In this document: positions 12,426-26,010 of the stretch, piece by piece
Layout: each line of letters opens with the position of its first letter
How positions within the stretch are numbered: position 1 is the stretch's first letter
NCBI GenBank assembly: GCA_017499595.2
Contig: CM039006.1
Location: 2,232,001-2,296,000 of the forward strand
DNA: 64,000 nucleotides
Direction of reading: 5' to 3'
Origin: Psilocybe cubensis
Lineage: Eukaryota
Made by a program: the position numbers and the translations under genes
The notes under the pieces: model-generated
Told to the model about the DNA's origin: nothing
The model's input: the letters and a program-made list of their open reading frames with translations, nothing else
The model's database searches: none

Positions 12426-12963
12426 CAAATTTCACAGAGTCCATTCAGACTGTAAAAATTCTGCGCGCTTCAGAAGGTCATACAGAGTCTCAAGCATCGC
12501 TTCCACGAATCCACATCCACACCGTCAACATGTACATGTCAAGCTTCAAGTGTCAAAAGACGCGACGCGTCCTCGCGCGGCGCGCGCCACCCCAGGCTCC
12601 AGCCACCGCACATATCTAAAAAAAGAAAAAAGTGGCACGATCACGTGCATGTTGAATTTCAAACGAGTGGACCACGATCTAATTTCATCTCCTTTGTTTA
12701 CTTTCCTCCTCTCCCGCACGAGGACTGGGGCTCCGCCGTCTTACTGTCTTGCCTTATGGTATAATCTGATACGTGGATATCTACGACGACTAGGACTACA
12801 CCTACAAGTGCATCTACACCTGCAACTGCATCTGCATCGACATCTGAGCACCGATTTTTGGTTGGGGAACAAGGATTAGAAGGGACAAGCATTAGCAAGG
12901 AACAAGGATTAGGAAGGAACAAGGACAAGGACAAGGACAAGGACAAGGACAAGAAGGACAAGG

Positions 12964-15900
12964 ATGGCAGAGCATAAACGCGCTTACGCTTATACTTCTG
13001 CTTCTGCTTCTGCGTTCGACTTTGAGCGGTACAACGACCCTAACAACGAGAACTACAACAACGCCTTTGAAAACCAAGAGAACTACAACCACCACTACAA
13101 CGAGAACAACGAGAACAACGAGGACGGAAGCGGCAACGGGAACGGGAGCGGGAACACACGGCGCGTAGACTTTACATCTCTCATCAGACCCATGTCCGCG
13201 CGCAAATCCAAATCCCACTCCAAATCCCAATCCCAATCCCAATCCAACTCCAAGGGGGTCGGGAAGGGAAAGGGAAAGGGAAAGAAGAGCGTGCTGAGTG
13301 TTAATAGCTCGCCTATGAAACCGCGCAACGGCGATGCGCGCGTGTTGGGGGTTTCGTCGGGGGGTAACGTCGATGGTGATTTTGATGGTGATGTGGACTG
13401 GGATATGGGAAGAGAAAGGGAAAGAGAGAGGGAGAGGGAGAGAGACGTACGAGAGATCGACACGCACAGGATGCAGCTTATCAGCCCGCCGCCTGAGGAG
13501 ACGCTGTCGTTTAGGAGGCAGTCTAGTGTGGTGAGTTTTTAATTTCAAGTCTGTGTTTGAGTTCGATGTTTGTGTTTTTTGGGTGTTTTTTTGTGGTTTT
13601 TTTGCATGGTGTGGTGTGTGGTGTGGTTTTTAAGCGGGGTTTTCTATGGGTTTTCACTTTCTGTTCTGTTCTGTTCTGTCCCGTTTTTTTCTTTTTCTTT
13701 TGTTTGTGGTTGCGCTGCTTTTGCATCGACTTCACGTTATCATGCTTTTTCTCTTTCTTTTCTTTGCGGTGGCACACCATTACACTCTGGAAGCAGGAAG
13801 CAGCGGCATCCATTTTCATTTTTCATATATTTACATATGATTATTTTCACATCCTACATTTTCCGCGCTGGCGAAGCAGCGCCACTCCACCCACCCCTTC
13901 ATCCTTCTCCTTTTTCTTCTCCTTTTCCCTTCTCCTTCTCCTTGCCCTGACCCGCACCCCCTTCCTCTCCAAAAAATCAAAAAGAAAGAAAGAAACGTAA
14001 ATTAATGTTTTTTTTTATTTGTGACTTTTACAGAGACTGAGCGGACAGTTCACACCTTCTTTACTCGCCAACGCCAATGTCAATGATGAGAATGGGTCTC
14101 CACCCCGCGGGAGCGTCGGTGCCAATGCCAATTCTAATGCCAATGCCAATGCCACCCCTACCACTACCGCAGTCAATGCCACCACAGCCAAGAGGAAACG
14201 CGCCACTGCAAGTGCTAAGCGGGCGAACAAGGACGCCTCCCCCGCCGCCGCCGTTGTTTCCGTCGTGGACGCCCCTCAACACGAGCAGCTGAATGAATTA
14301 GAACCACCGCAGGAGATAGAGCTGGAGATGGAGATAGAACAGACGCCGAACCCGAAACCGCGCAAGTTGGGCCGGCATGTTCGTGTGGAGTCTATGGAGA
14401 TGGGGTCGCCGACGAGGCCTTCTGCCTCTTCTTCTTCGGTACCATATCCATATTTGGATTCACATGCTCAGCAGGAAAATGAGCCGCCGGTGCCTTCGAC
14501 GCCTACGCGCAAACGCAATGCGCACGCGGGTGTGAATGGGACTGGGAACGGGACTAGGAATGGGAGCGCGAGAGCACGGCGTATGATGCTGCGTAGTCCA
14601 CATGCGGATAACCCCGATGCGGACTGGATACCGCCTGTGTCGGTGCGCATCCCGATACCGATGCTTTCGCTTGTCTCGTCTGCGGAGCGCGGGGACGGGA
14701 ATGAGAGTGGAAGTGAGGATGAAGGAGAGGGTGGGAGTGCAAGAAACGCAGCGGCAGCGGCAGCGGCAAAGGAAATGGCAGAGGCAAAGGAAAAGGAGGC
14801 AAAAGCGATGAGACGCTTGTCGCGCAGGAGCCGGAGTCTGACGCCGATCCCGCCCTACGAGCCACCTGCGGATGTGTTCACGCCGCCTAGGGAGGTGTAT
14901 CTTACGCCTGTGCCCAAGTCCGTTACGAAGTCCAGGTCTGCTGCGAAGAAGCAGAAGCGCAGTCCGACGAACTCCATTTCCACCGACAATGGCAATAATG
15001 GTAACACCAGCAAAGCGAAGAAGGTGAAAGCGAAATCGCAGCTGCGCATCCAGGTGAAGCAGGAGATCCCGGATGATATCGATTTGACCGCGCCGATGCC
15101 ACCGCCGAGTCCGTCGGATGATCCGCTGTTGTTGAGTGGGCCGGCGGAGCCTGAGTCTGAGCCTAATCAGATGGAGCAGGGAGAGAGAGAGGAGGAGAGG
15201 TGGAGGAGGCGGTCGTGGGTGGAGAGGAGGTTGTCGTTTTCGTTTCCTTCTAGTGAGGGCGGCGGTAGCGGTGGGGGGAAGAGGGAGGCGTCGGTGCAGG
15301 TTGAAGATGCGGCGTCGACGGACCATGTGGAGGCGGGAGTGGCGATGGAGACGGGGATGGAGATGGAAACGGGGACGCTCCCGCCTTCGTCGCCTGAGCC
15401 GCTGCCGCTCGATTCAGAGGATATGGACGCGGTGCGCACGTTCGACTTTGGGTTTGGGTTTGGTGCGGGGGGCGGGAGTATGAATACTGAGGAGGAGGAA
15501 GGGGATAGTGTTATGCAGCTTGACCCGCGCGACGCGGATGTGTCGCCTGTGCGGCTTTTTGTGGACGCGGGCGGGGCGTGGAGTGATAGCGATGATGATG
15601 AGCCGGTGGCGGTTGGCGAGAATGCGGCGGCGAAGGAGAAGGAGAAGGAGAAGGCGGAAGAAGAGGAAGGCGAAGGCGAGTACACGGGCCGCTGGCGGAT
15701 GACGACGGTGCGGACAAAGATGGACCCGCCGAGCAGTGCGACGCGCGTTAGGATGGAAGAATGGGGCCGCCCGATTAGTCCGTTTCCGAAAGGCGCTGTG
15801 CTTGATTTGGTCGGTGAAGAAGAAGAAGAGAAGGAGGAGGAGGAGGTTAGGAGGTTGTCTGTTGAACCTGAGCTTGAACATGTGTCTGTGGAAGAGGTCG

Positions 15901-18596
15901 GACAGATGTCTGCCGACGAGGATGAGGAAGAGGAAGAGGAGCGTCAAGTCCGCGAGATGTCCATGTCGTTTGACGACGAGCACGATGAGGAAGAGGTTCC
16001 ACGAGAACCATCCCCAGCGCCGACGATCAAAGACGCGTTTGATTTTTCAGCTATCGAGTCCCCGCAGCCTGCCCCGTCTAAAGCGAATTATTCGATGGTG
16101 GAGTTGTCGCCTTCGGTGTTGAAGGCGCTTGTGGACGATGATGCGAGTATGCGCGATGCGTTTGTGTCTGGTCGGGAGGATGATGATGATGAGGAGGAGG
16201 AGGACGGGGATGAACCTGGATTTGTCAAGATTACGAGCTCGGACCCGCGCGCTGCTGCACGCGCAGCTGCGATTCTTAAACAGGTACGCGCGCGTCTATT
16301 TGACATACTTTTTTTTTTTGGTTGACGTGACGTTTTGCGTTGTTAGCATGACTATGAGTGTTACACCAAGATCGCCATGAAACGGCGCGCTTCCCATTCG
16401 ACACTTTCTGATCCAGCGCGGTCCGCGAGGCGGAGGGATATCCTCTCCGCCGGAATATCCAAGTCCGCGTCCAAGTCCAAGTCTGTGCACAAGGGCAATA
16501 GGAGGTCGATGGGGGTGATTGGAGACCGGGTCTTTATCCCTGGGACACCTGTTATGACACTGCCTGAGCTGTTGAAGGAGGCTGAGGAGGAGGTTTCGAT
16601 GGAGTTGCAGTTGCATAAGAGCCCTGGTCCTGCGGCCATGGAGCGTGTATGGAGTGCGCGAGCACAGGCGCAGTCCGAGGTGTTGACGACGCCTGTGATG
16701 AATAGGCGCCGGTCGACGGTTGTTGAGGATAATCACCAGCACTACCACCACGAGGACAAAGGCGAGCGGGTGTGGGCTAAAGACGATTGGAAACTCCTCG
16801 ATGCGTGTTTTACGGAGCAGCGGCTTGTTGTAGGCGCTGCGTTGGCTTTGCCCGGTGCGCACGATACACTCGCTCTCGATGCAAATGCGCTTGATGCAAA
16901 TGCACATGATACACTCGCGCACGATGGAAATGCGCTCGCGCCTGTGGAAATGGTCGCGCTGGACGATGTCGTCGACCGGTATGTGGACTTTGTAGGTGGT
17001 GAGGATGTGTTGAGGGGGTATGGGGATGCGTGGTCTAGGTTGGTGGTTTCTTTCTTGCTCTTTCTCTTTCGGTTTTTTTTTCGTTTTTTTTTTTTTTTTT
17101 TTTGCTTTTTGCTTTACTCCCTTACCCTTATTTTTTTTTCTACCCTTTTCTACCCTTACTTTTTAAAATTTTCATTTCATTTTTTATTTCATTTTATTGG
17201 GTGTATGTTATACTAACTATGTGTTTTACGTGTGTGTAGGGACAACCTACTCGAGAGAGCACGCGCACTGCAGCGCAAGCAGCGCGCCGGGAAGGTTGTG
17301 GCGCCTACTACCCCCCGTTCGTCGTTGTCGGTGTTTACGTTCGGCTTATCACCTGCCTCTGCCTCGCGTGTCCCCGAAGCGTCATCCGCCGCATTAGCTC
17401 TTGGGGGAACCAGACGCACGCCAACGATGGAAGTTCCGGATTTTACACCGCTTGGTCGTAGACCTGGTCCGCCTCGTTTGGGTTTGGGATCAAAGTTGGG
17501 GTCGTTGGGGTCGCGGTTGGGTGCGCCTGGTGGATCCGGAGCGCCGTTTGCTTGTCTTGCGCTCGAGGCGAACGCGTTGGAAGATGATGGGAACGCGTTG
17601 GAGGATGACAAGAGGGACGAGAGGAAGGAAAAGGAAAAGGAAAGGGGAAAGGAAATTGAGAAAGAGAACAACAAGAACAAGAACAAGAAGAAACTCCCGC
17701 CGACACTATTCGCACCGCGATATTCGCATTTGTTGGAGGAGGCTGTGGCGGTTGGGAAAGAGGGCGTGTTGGTACATCCGTTTCCTGTTGAGTTTCCGAG
17801 GATGGGTTCGGAAGGGGAGGAGGAGGACCAGCGGGAAGAGGACATGTCGTTCGCCTCCGAGTCGCAGACGTCGTTTAACGTTGAAGATACGCACCTATCC
17901 CAGAACCGGGACCAGGACGAAGACGAAAATGAACATGAAGATGAACACGAAGATGAAGCTCACAACAACAAGCCAAATCCAACACTCACAAAGCGCGTAA
18001 CAGGATTCCTGTTCTCGTACCTCCCCACTCTCTCCTCCACCTCCACCTCTTCATCATCATCGTTAAAGACGAAATCCATACCACCGCGCCCACTGCGAAA
18101 TCATCATCTAGGCCAAGCGCTCCCGATGCCCCCGCCCGAGGTGCTGAAGAAGACAAGGATGAGAGGGCCGGTTGTTACGCCTGCTAGACGACCGATGGAG
18201 AGGGTGAGGCCGCCTAGGGAGCTTGTTAGGTTACACCCCCCTCCCCCTCCCGCTCGTCCTTCCTCTTCTTCTTCCGCTGCTGCTTCTTCTTCCGCTGGTG
18301 GACGGGGACAAGGGAAGAGGCTTGTTGAGCTGCATCACCGCGAACTTCCCGAGAACGACAAGGAGCGGGAGAGGGAGAAGGGGAAGGGGGTGGTCCCGAG
18401 ACCGAGGAGGAGCAGTGGGAGTAGTGTTAAGGATTTGGTTTTGGGATTTGAGACTTTGAGGAGGGCGGAGGAGGAGGCGGCGGGGGTGGGTGGGCGGGCG
18501 GGTGCGGGGGTTGGGGGGAGTAAGATGGGACATGGGGGCAAGGGGAAGGGAGGGAAGGGGGTGGATGTGGTTGTTAGACCTCGGTGGAGGTTGTAA
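12964..18596 (+). CDS. Large low-complexity hypothetical protein (about four exons: 12964-~13530, ~14034-16283, ~16348-17038, ~17240-18596)
   Basis: Long ORFs are joined by T-rich GT-AG introns. Ordered islands SDDPLLL, GEYTGRW, VKITSSDPRAAARAAAILKQ and WAKDDWKLLDACFT sit among simple-repeat-encoded tracts. Confidence 0.7.
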
Positions 18597-19149
18597 GCCT
18601 CCTTTTTTGGGGGGTTGCGTGTGTGGGGGGGTGTGGTGGTTTTGGGATTTTTGGTACTTCGTTTTTTTTTTTTGGTTTTGATTTTTTTTCCTTTTCTTGG
18701 GTTCTCCTTTTCTTTCATTTCTTTTTTTTTTATTGTGATTGTTAGATTATGTTGTGATATGATAAAGCAAGTTTGATCTCGAAGCTTGAAGCTTGGGGCT
18801 CTCGGTTTCTTTTTGGTTTTTTTATGTATATCCAGTTTTATGTATCTCTCTCTCTCTCTTTCCTTATGTTTTTCTCTTCTTACCTCTCATCTCTCTCTCT
18901 CATTTTTCTTCTCATCTCTCTCTCTCTTTCTTTGTCCTCTCTTTGTCTTTTTCCTTTCTGTTAAATAACGACCGACCCATCGACCCATCACCGATAATAT
19001 GTATACGTTTACGATATGTACTTTGAATTATGCAATTCAATTCTATGATTTCTCAATTCTGTGATTTCTCGATTCTATGATTTCTCCGTATGCCTGCCTG
19101 GCTAACTCGTTCGATCCGAAATCGTTCAATCGTTGAACTTTGTGTGTTA

Positions 19150-19441
19150 TGTTTGTTCGTGTGTTGAACAATGAACTTGTGTTTTTGTAATTCAGTTGTA
19201 TGTGTTTTATGTGTTTGTTTATTGAACTCGTGTATTTATTTGTTGAACTCGTGTACTTATTTGTTGAACTCGTATACTTATTTGTTGAACTTGTATACTT
19301 ATTTATTGAACTTGTGTATTTGTTTGTTGAACTCGTGTACTTATTTGTCAAACTTCTGTTTTTGAACGTGTTTGTTGAACGTCTGTTTTTGTATGTGTTT
19401 GTTGAACTTTGTGTTTTTTGTATGTGTTTGTTGAACTTGTG
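19150..19441. repeat. 21-bp minisatellite (GTTGAACTCGTGTAYTTATTT)n with degenerate flanking units
   Basis: About six near-perfect units at ~19221-19350, with further GTTGAAC-containing units on either side. Confidence 0.85.
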
Positions 19442-20110
19442 ACTCGGCCTATTTCTAAATTCTATGGACTTGGACTTCTGGAGCCGCATGAACACGAGAA
19501 AGAGCAGCAGCAGCAGCAGCAGGAGGAGGAGGAGGGGTATGAACAGGAGGAAAAGTGAACCTGAATTTGAGATTCGAATATGATGTTGGATTTGGAATTG
19601 CGTTTTGAACTTATCGAAACGACGGGCATTGTCAATACATTGACATTGACCAAAGAACCATGAGGCAGGGACCAGACCAGACCAGGAGAGTGTATACACG
19701 AATACACGAATGCACAAAAAGAAAAAGTTTATAACATGTAAAAGTAAGCGAAAGAAAGGGAATGGGAAGAGCAGAACGGAACGGAATATGTACAGGAAAG
19801 CGATGAATGTCAAAAAAGTAGAAAAGCAAATGTCGGAGAGAGGAGGAGAGGGGGAGGTGTGTCGGTGTGTATATGCGTGCGTATGTACGAGGACGAGGAG
19901 TAAACCGTGCTCGAAACTGTGTCTAAAACAGTGTCCAAAACCGTGCTCAAAACCGTGTTCGAAACCGAGAGGAGGGACGGGAAAGTCGGGAAAGTTGGGA
20001 GAGTTGGAAGAGGCGGGCGGGATAGCGAAGAGGCGGGCGGGTGTGTAGAGTCGGGACGGGTGTGTAGAGTCGGGTTTGTAGAGGACGAAGGGCGAAGGAG
20101 GGGGGGTCGT

Positions 20111-22082
20111 CTAGGAATATATGTTCTCCTCCCACATATGCTGCGCGCCGAGGTTGGCGAATATCTCTTCGTCGGGAGCTGGTGCCCAGTTGCCGTCGTT
20201 TGATTTGACGACCTGTAGGGCATATAGTAAGGAAAAGAGAAAAAAACATGAGTAAATGAAACGAGCAAACGGGCAAACGAGTAAATGAGTAAATGAAATG
20301 ACGAGAACGCGAAAGCCCCAGAAAAAAAAACTCACCTTCCCCAAAAACTCCCGACTCCTCCCCGCCTCAAGCTCCAAGAACGCAAGGAGCGCAGTCTGCT
20401 CCTGGACGCCGCGGAGCGCGGCGTCGACTTGGGCTTTGGAGAATTGGGCGGGCGGGTCGGAGAAGGTGACTGTGCCGGAGGCGGAGATGGTCGCTGTTAT
20501 GTCGTTGGATTCGATCTGGGTGGGGGGGGTTAGCGTTATGGTGGGGTGAGGTGAGGTGGGGTAGGTATAAGTGGGGAAGGGGGGCGAGGGGAGAGGAAGA
20601 GAGGGGAAGAGGGAGAGGAAGGGGAAAGGAAGGGAAGAGAGGGGAAACGCACCATGCTCAAAAGCAACGCGCGCACTTCGTCTTCAGACTCGATCTCGAC
20701 GGCACGCGCGATATCGGATAGATGGAGGGTGACGTAGGTCGCGGTGAGCTTTTTGAGCACCCAGCGCGGTGCGCGGGTGATTGCTTGTTGGATCAGCCCG
20801 ATGTTTTTTTCCTGTGTATTGGGGTATTGTTTAGATATTAAGGCATCAAGTGGATGGGAGATGGGAAATTGGAGGGAGGGAGACGGACCTGGGCGAATGT
20901 AGCGCGCTCTTTTTCGAGGATCTCGCGCATTAGAGTCGTGTTCTTTGGATAGGCGTTGATGAATGCGTTGTACGCTGTGTTTTTGAACATGCGGTTCAAA
21001 AGCGGGTGTGTGTACTTTGGCAAATTCGAGATCTATCAAAAAAGCGTAACATATTCATTCATACCAAGATCAGAAAAAAATCAATGGACAAATGGATGGA
21101 CACACCGTGCCCGTCGAGATGAGCTGGACGAGGCGCAGCTTCTTCAGCGCCTCCATCTGCAGCGCGGCGGGGTACGTCCCGGGACTCGTCACGCAGATCT
21201 CGAAGCACTCCTCCGCGGCGGCCCAGCGCTTGAGCGCGGCGAGCGCGATGCCGCCCGCGTAGTGGTACACGAGGTTGTCGGTGTATGTGAGGTCGGGCGA
21301 CGTCGTCGTTGTGTCGATCTCGGTGATGGGGTGCGCGAGCACGGGGAGCGCGGCGCGGAAGTGGCGGGTTGTTACGCAGGTCTGGGGTGGTGGGTTGTTA
21401 GATTGGATTGGATTGGATGGGTGGGGGATGGGACGTACGAGGAGGAAGATGGGGTGGATGGCGGTGAGGTGCGATCGAGTTGGCGGGTAGCGCGTCACAA
21501 GGTCAGAGAGCGGTTGAATTGCGAGACTTGGCTGTGCATTCGTCAGCTTGAGAGGTGTGTGATGAACAGACGAGCGCTTACGGTCCCGATGTGCGCTGCG
21601 TATCGTTGTATACCTCTTGCCAGCTTCGTTACTACACAGGGTTGGTTAGGATACAGATGGGATTCGATGCGATGCGATGTGTGCTCACCGCGTTCCGGAG
21701 CGAGACGCGCATCGTCCGCGTTGAACGAGCTGCAAAAGTCCCCGATCGTCTGCCACGACGGCGGCGGTGTGTTCGAGTAGTTCGCATGCAGCCTCGACGA
21801 TCTGTAACATCCCATCTATCAGCACACACACACTCTCTCTCTCATTGCACAGTGCACAGTATACAGCACATACAGAATGTACAGCGATCCAATGGTGTTC
21901 ACAGCAGGATCCAAAAACGCAAGCGGGTCCTGTCCATTCGCCAGAAAGCTCGAGAGCAAAATCTCCCGCGCGTCGCGGGTAAAAGCCGTCTTGAACGTGT
22001 GGTTGAGCGCCGCAGGGCTATTGGACGTCGTGATCTGCGTGAGCAGGGTGTCGATGTGGACGGGGGAGGATGTAGATGTCAT
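20111..22082 (-). CDS. CSN3: COP9 signalosome complex subunit 3 (PCI domain), multi-exon
   Basis: Segments GQDPLAFLDPAVNTIGSLYIL, LVYHYAGGIALAALKRWAAAEECFEICVTSP, ALQMEALKKLRLVQLI and LKKLTATYVTLHLSDIARAV; C-terminus MWEENIYS*. Confidence 0.85.
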
Positions 22083-22248
22083 TTTGTTGGTGTGAGGTGT
22101 GGGTTCATTTAACGTGCATTATCTGCCTCTGTTCCTTTCATTCCGTCTTTGGGTCTGTTCATCGGTTCTCACGCCCCTGTCACACCTGCTGACTAATTCG
22201 GGACGAAGATGCGACACATACTCGCAACCTAAATTGGAAGGTTTGAAG

Positions 22249-24080
22249 TGTTGTTGTTGAATCTGTTTATTATCGTGCAACAAGCAATCAGTGTGCTAAG
22301 ACGCACGGGTGAGTGGTGCTCACCTCTCTACGCTAAACTATCTACTAAGTATTAGTTATTGGTGTTTGTATATCTAAGGGATCATCTGTAGGTACAAATT
22401 ATTGGTGTGGGGGTCGAGTGTGGTACGCATTCAAAGAGGAGGAAGATGTAGAATATAATAGAGATGTAGATAAAGTAAAAATAAATGTAGATAAAGTCAA
22501 ATGGGGGGGATAGTAAGAATGGACAAGTAAGTTGTGGATGTTTTCAAACAAAATGATGGATTGGCATTGGGGGTTTGATACAGGTGTGTTGCCGTCTCCC
22601 GTTTGGATCACAGGTCAAGATCGGATTTGTTGTCTTTGGAGTCCGGGACTGGTTTGTTGTCAAACAATGGAGGTTTGGGTGGTAGTGGTTGGGTGCCAGA
22701 TTGAGTGTATGCCCCGGAGGCTGCGAGGAAAGATGTCAGGGCTTTAATGCCTTGGGTTGTTCCTAGGATTTCCGGTAGAAATATGTATTGGGAAGCCTGT
22801 AGTAGTTCTCTTCGCGCTTCAGTATAGCGTGGGCATTCTCGAAGAATGTGTTCTTGGGTCTGAATGTCTGCTTCACCACATGGGCAGCTGATTTCACCTT
22901 GTAGTTTGAATCGTTGGCGGAAACTGCCAATATAGCCATGATTTGTGTGGCATTGGATGATGCATCCAAATAATTCTCTAGGTTTTGAGAACCTTTGGAC
23001 GTGCTGCATGGTCGGTGTGGGAAATTTGAGGGAAGGTTGGATGCGGTTGGCGGGTGCAAAGCCACCGGTCTTGGGAGTGTTTGCCCACTCTTGTTTCCAT
23101 GCCTTTAGAATTTGCGCCTTAGCCCTTTTGAGTGCATTTGATCAAGTGACGGTGATGGGAGCAGAGCAGGCCAGTCTCATTGCTTGTTTAGCAAGTTTGT
23201 CAGCTCTCTCATTCCCGGTTATGTCCACATGGCTTGGGCACCACACAATATTTACTGTTGTATTTTTGTTGCTTTTGAGAAATTCACAAATTTTGGTGTA
23301 GAATGTGTAGGCGTAGGTTTGGGCTGATCTTGGTTTGGCATCAAAGATTGCTGACACTACTGATGTGTTGTCTGCAAAGAAATATAAGTGATGTATAGTG
23401 TTATGATTTCGAGCGAAATTGACTGCTTGAGTTGCTGCCATCATTAGGCCTGCCATTTCCCCATCATAGACTTCAGCATAGCCTCCGAGTCCCATTCAGA
23501 TTGCAAACACTTCTCTGTCAAGGTAGTATCCTACGGCGGCTCCTCCTGCTCTGGTAAATCTAATTTTGAATTTGACAAGTGATCCATCCGAGTAGACAAC
23601 TAGTGTGTCTTCTTTTTGCCCAATGTTATTGATAAGTTCCTTATGTTCTTGTATACTATCTTTATCTGAAAAAAGGTCGCAAGGTTTGATGAGTAGACAT
23701 CCATTATAAAAAGAAGGGGTACGTCTTCATGGTGGTAGTAAGAAAGAGTCTAATCTTTCATGGTGAGGTTCAGTGAATTTTGCAATTCGGCTCAAGGTTG
23801 TTGTTTTCTTTGGTCTTGATTTGGGAGATGATGGGGTGGTGGGGAGGGGTGGGGGGTTGTGGGAGCTTGGTTGTGTCTCCATGTGTTTGGTAGTCTTTGA
23901 AGAACAGCACTTGATATGCTGAGTTTGTTGAGTCTGATAGCATATCATTTGGTTAGGTGATCGAGTTGGTACTTGATTGGTGGTATTGCTGATTCGATTT
24001 TGAGGGCGGTTATTAGTGTGGTCTTAAAGACGGCACATATTAGTCTGAGGGCGCAATTTTGAACTTTTTCAAGAGGGCGT
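22249..24080 (-). mobile_element. LINE (Tad1-like non-LTR retrotransposon) 3' fragment with RNase H and C-terminal zinc finger, degenerate
   Basis: VYSDGS, AEVYDGEM, FADN and WCPSHVDITGNERADKLAK (RNase H), then CPCGEADIQTQEHILRECP. The 3' end has AATAAA followed by a (CAA)n tail at 22249-22271. It is cut by a Gypsy LTR at 24081. Confidence 0.88.
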
Positions 24081-26010
24081 TATCATACCCCAATCCTGAT
24101 TGGAGATGAGATGTTCATTTTGGATCTACACACAACACCCTCAACCCAAGCAGTCATTCTTTCCATAAGTCATCCACACATCTTATCTTATCAACACTTG
24201 TCACATGGGAGCCACGTTATTCCGGATCATGTCACTTCGTCGGATCATCAAGGCTATGCGACGGATCAGTCAACCATCAAACTGCACAGCTTTCTACACT
24301 GCTTTACACAGCCGGACTATCAACTTTATTTTTATCAATTCAATGGTCTTACTCAGCGTCAGGCTGCGGATTACTCATTCCAACTTATTTTTGGTTTGTC
24401 TTACTCATCCTTTTGTGTTTATTTATATCTTTTCTATTGTCTGTTGTGCTTTTATTGTCTTTGTCTTACCAATCTTCTATGCTTTCTGACTCATCCTTGC
24501 TTCTTTTATCTAATCTGTATTACCATTCACCTTTGTCATACACTTCTTTCTTACTCATCCTATTCATTTCTTATCTGTCGTCGTGTCAATATTGACATGT
24601 CTTATTGTTCTTGCTTATTGTTACACTTGCGTAGCCTCATTCTTGACACGTTGTACAGTATATGACTCGGTTTTCAGTAGCTCAGATTGGTATTTCGTTC
24701 ACGTAGCTTTTAGTATAAAAGCTGTAGTAGAATTACACGAAATGATAGGAAAGTTACACCCAGTCCCCACTTTCTTCAAAGCAAGTCAATTTTCATCTAA
24801 GTCAAGTCAATTTCAAGTCAATCCACATTAATTCATTTCAATTCCAAGTTCAAGTTCAAGCCAAGCCCAAACCCAAGTCCAATTCAGTCATCAGTTCCAC
24901 CCTCCGTCGAGACCAAGTTTACTTCCATTCATCCGAAGTCATCTCGCTTTCCATTAAGAGAGGATTTCATCCGAGACCAGTCATCCTTCTCATCCAACGC
25001 CTCTTCTTCTCAGCGTTGAATATCCAACTTCTATCTAGACATCCAGTACTTCCCTACTTCCCCTTCTCCATTCAATCCGTCACCGCTCCTACTCCTTCTA
25101 CACTTTCCAACCATCGCCGTTAGGAGTGTATTCAAGACATCCTTTCCCTCCGTCAACTCATCTGGAGTGATTTCATTCGAGACAGACTTAGTCTTTCACC
25201 CTCAATTCAGTCGATACTCCCGCGACGTATAGCTTCATTCCAAGCGTCAGAAAGATTGTCAATTTAAGGACACTTTCGCCTTTACCATCCGCTTATCAAG
25301 ATTCAGCCATTCAACAACATTCCAACTCCTAGTCATCTCCTCATCTCCCCTCGGAACGTTCCCCACTCACTTCAGACAACCCCTCTAAGATTTACATTTA
25401 TTGATTTCTCATACGCATTCTACGCATCTTCTTCACGCTTTCCATATACACCCGCCATCCAATTCCACGGTTCCATCCCATTTTCGGAAGGCTTATTTAC
25501 CATCGTACCCAGACGACCCGGTTATCCTCTTCTTACCATTTTGCTTTCGTTACCCTTCACAATCCATACCATCCTAATCTACTTAAATCCTAGGCAGCGT
25601 CCTCCCTTAAGAAACTTAGGAGAAGGTTTTGTCCTATCCAGTCTGGACCACTCTTTCCCTGGGGTTTGTGTTTGTTGGATTACTTATAGTTTATAACCAA
25701 TCACAAACTTCAATCTTCATCTGGAGCCCACCGCAAGGGAGGGTTAATTAGGATTTTGTATTAGGAACACAGCAATCTACCACTTTATCACTTCCATTCC
25801 TTCTATTTCGACTCTTTTTCTTTACAGATTATTTTGCTTCTCTGGTTTATTCTCTAGGCAACTCTAGGCAACTCTAGGCAACAACTCTAGGCAACACTTT
25901 CTGACTCTGTAACTGGTTTACGCTATGACTGATTCTGGCAATCCACTTCCATCCTCTGCTCCCACTATGGCTACTACTATCATCCAACGTACTCCAGTTA
26001 ATATGCCCGT
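24081..26010 (+). mobile_element. Gypsy-family 5' LTR (24081-25719), PBS, leader and start of gag, truncated by a same-family insertion
   Basis: 1639-bp LTR TATCATACCCC...CAATCTTCA, PBS TGGAGCCCACCGC at ~25722, gag start MTDSGNPLPSS at 25925. Confidence 0.9.

Noticed and set aside
12892-18718. Many overlapping antisense and alternative-frame ORFs
   Set aside because: They are shadows of a GC-rich, simple-repeat-rich coding gene and its T-rich introns.
24111-24831. Recurrent hydrophobic ORFs (MFILDLHTT..., MGATLFRI..., MSILTCLI...) seen five times
   Set aside because: They lie inside the LTR and recur only because the LTR is repeated. The sequence is T-rich and low-complexity, and frames break between copies.
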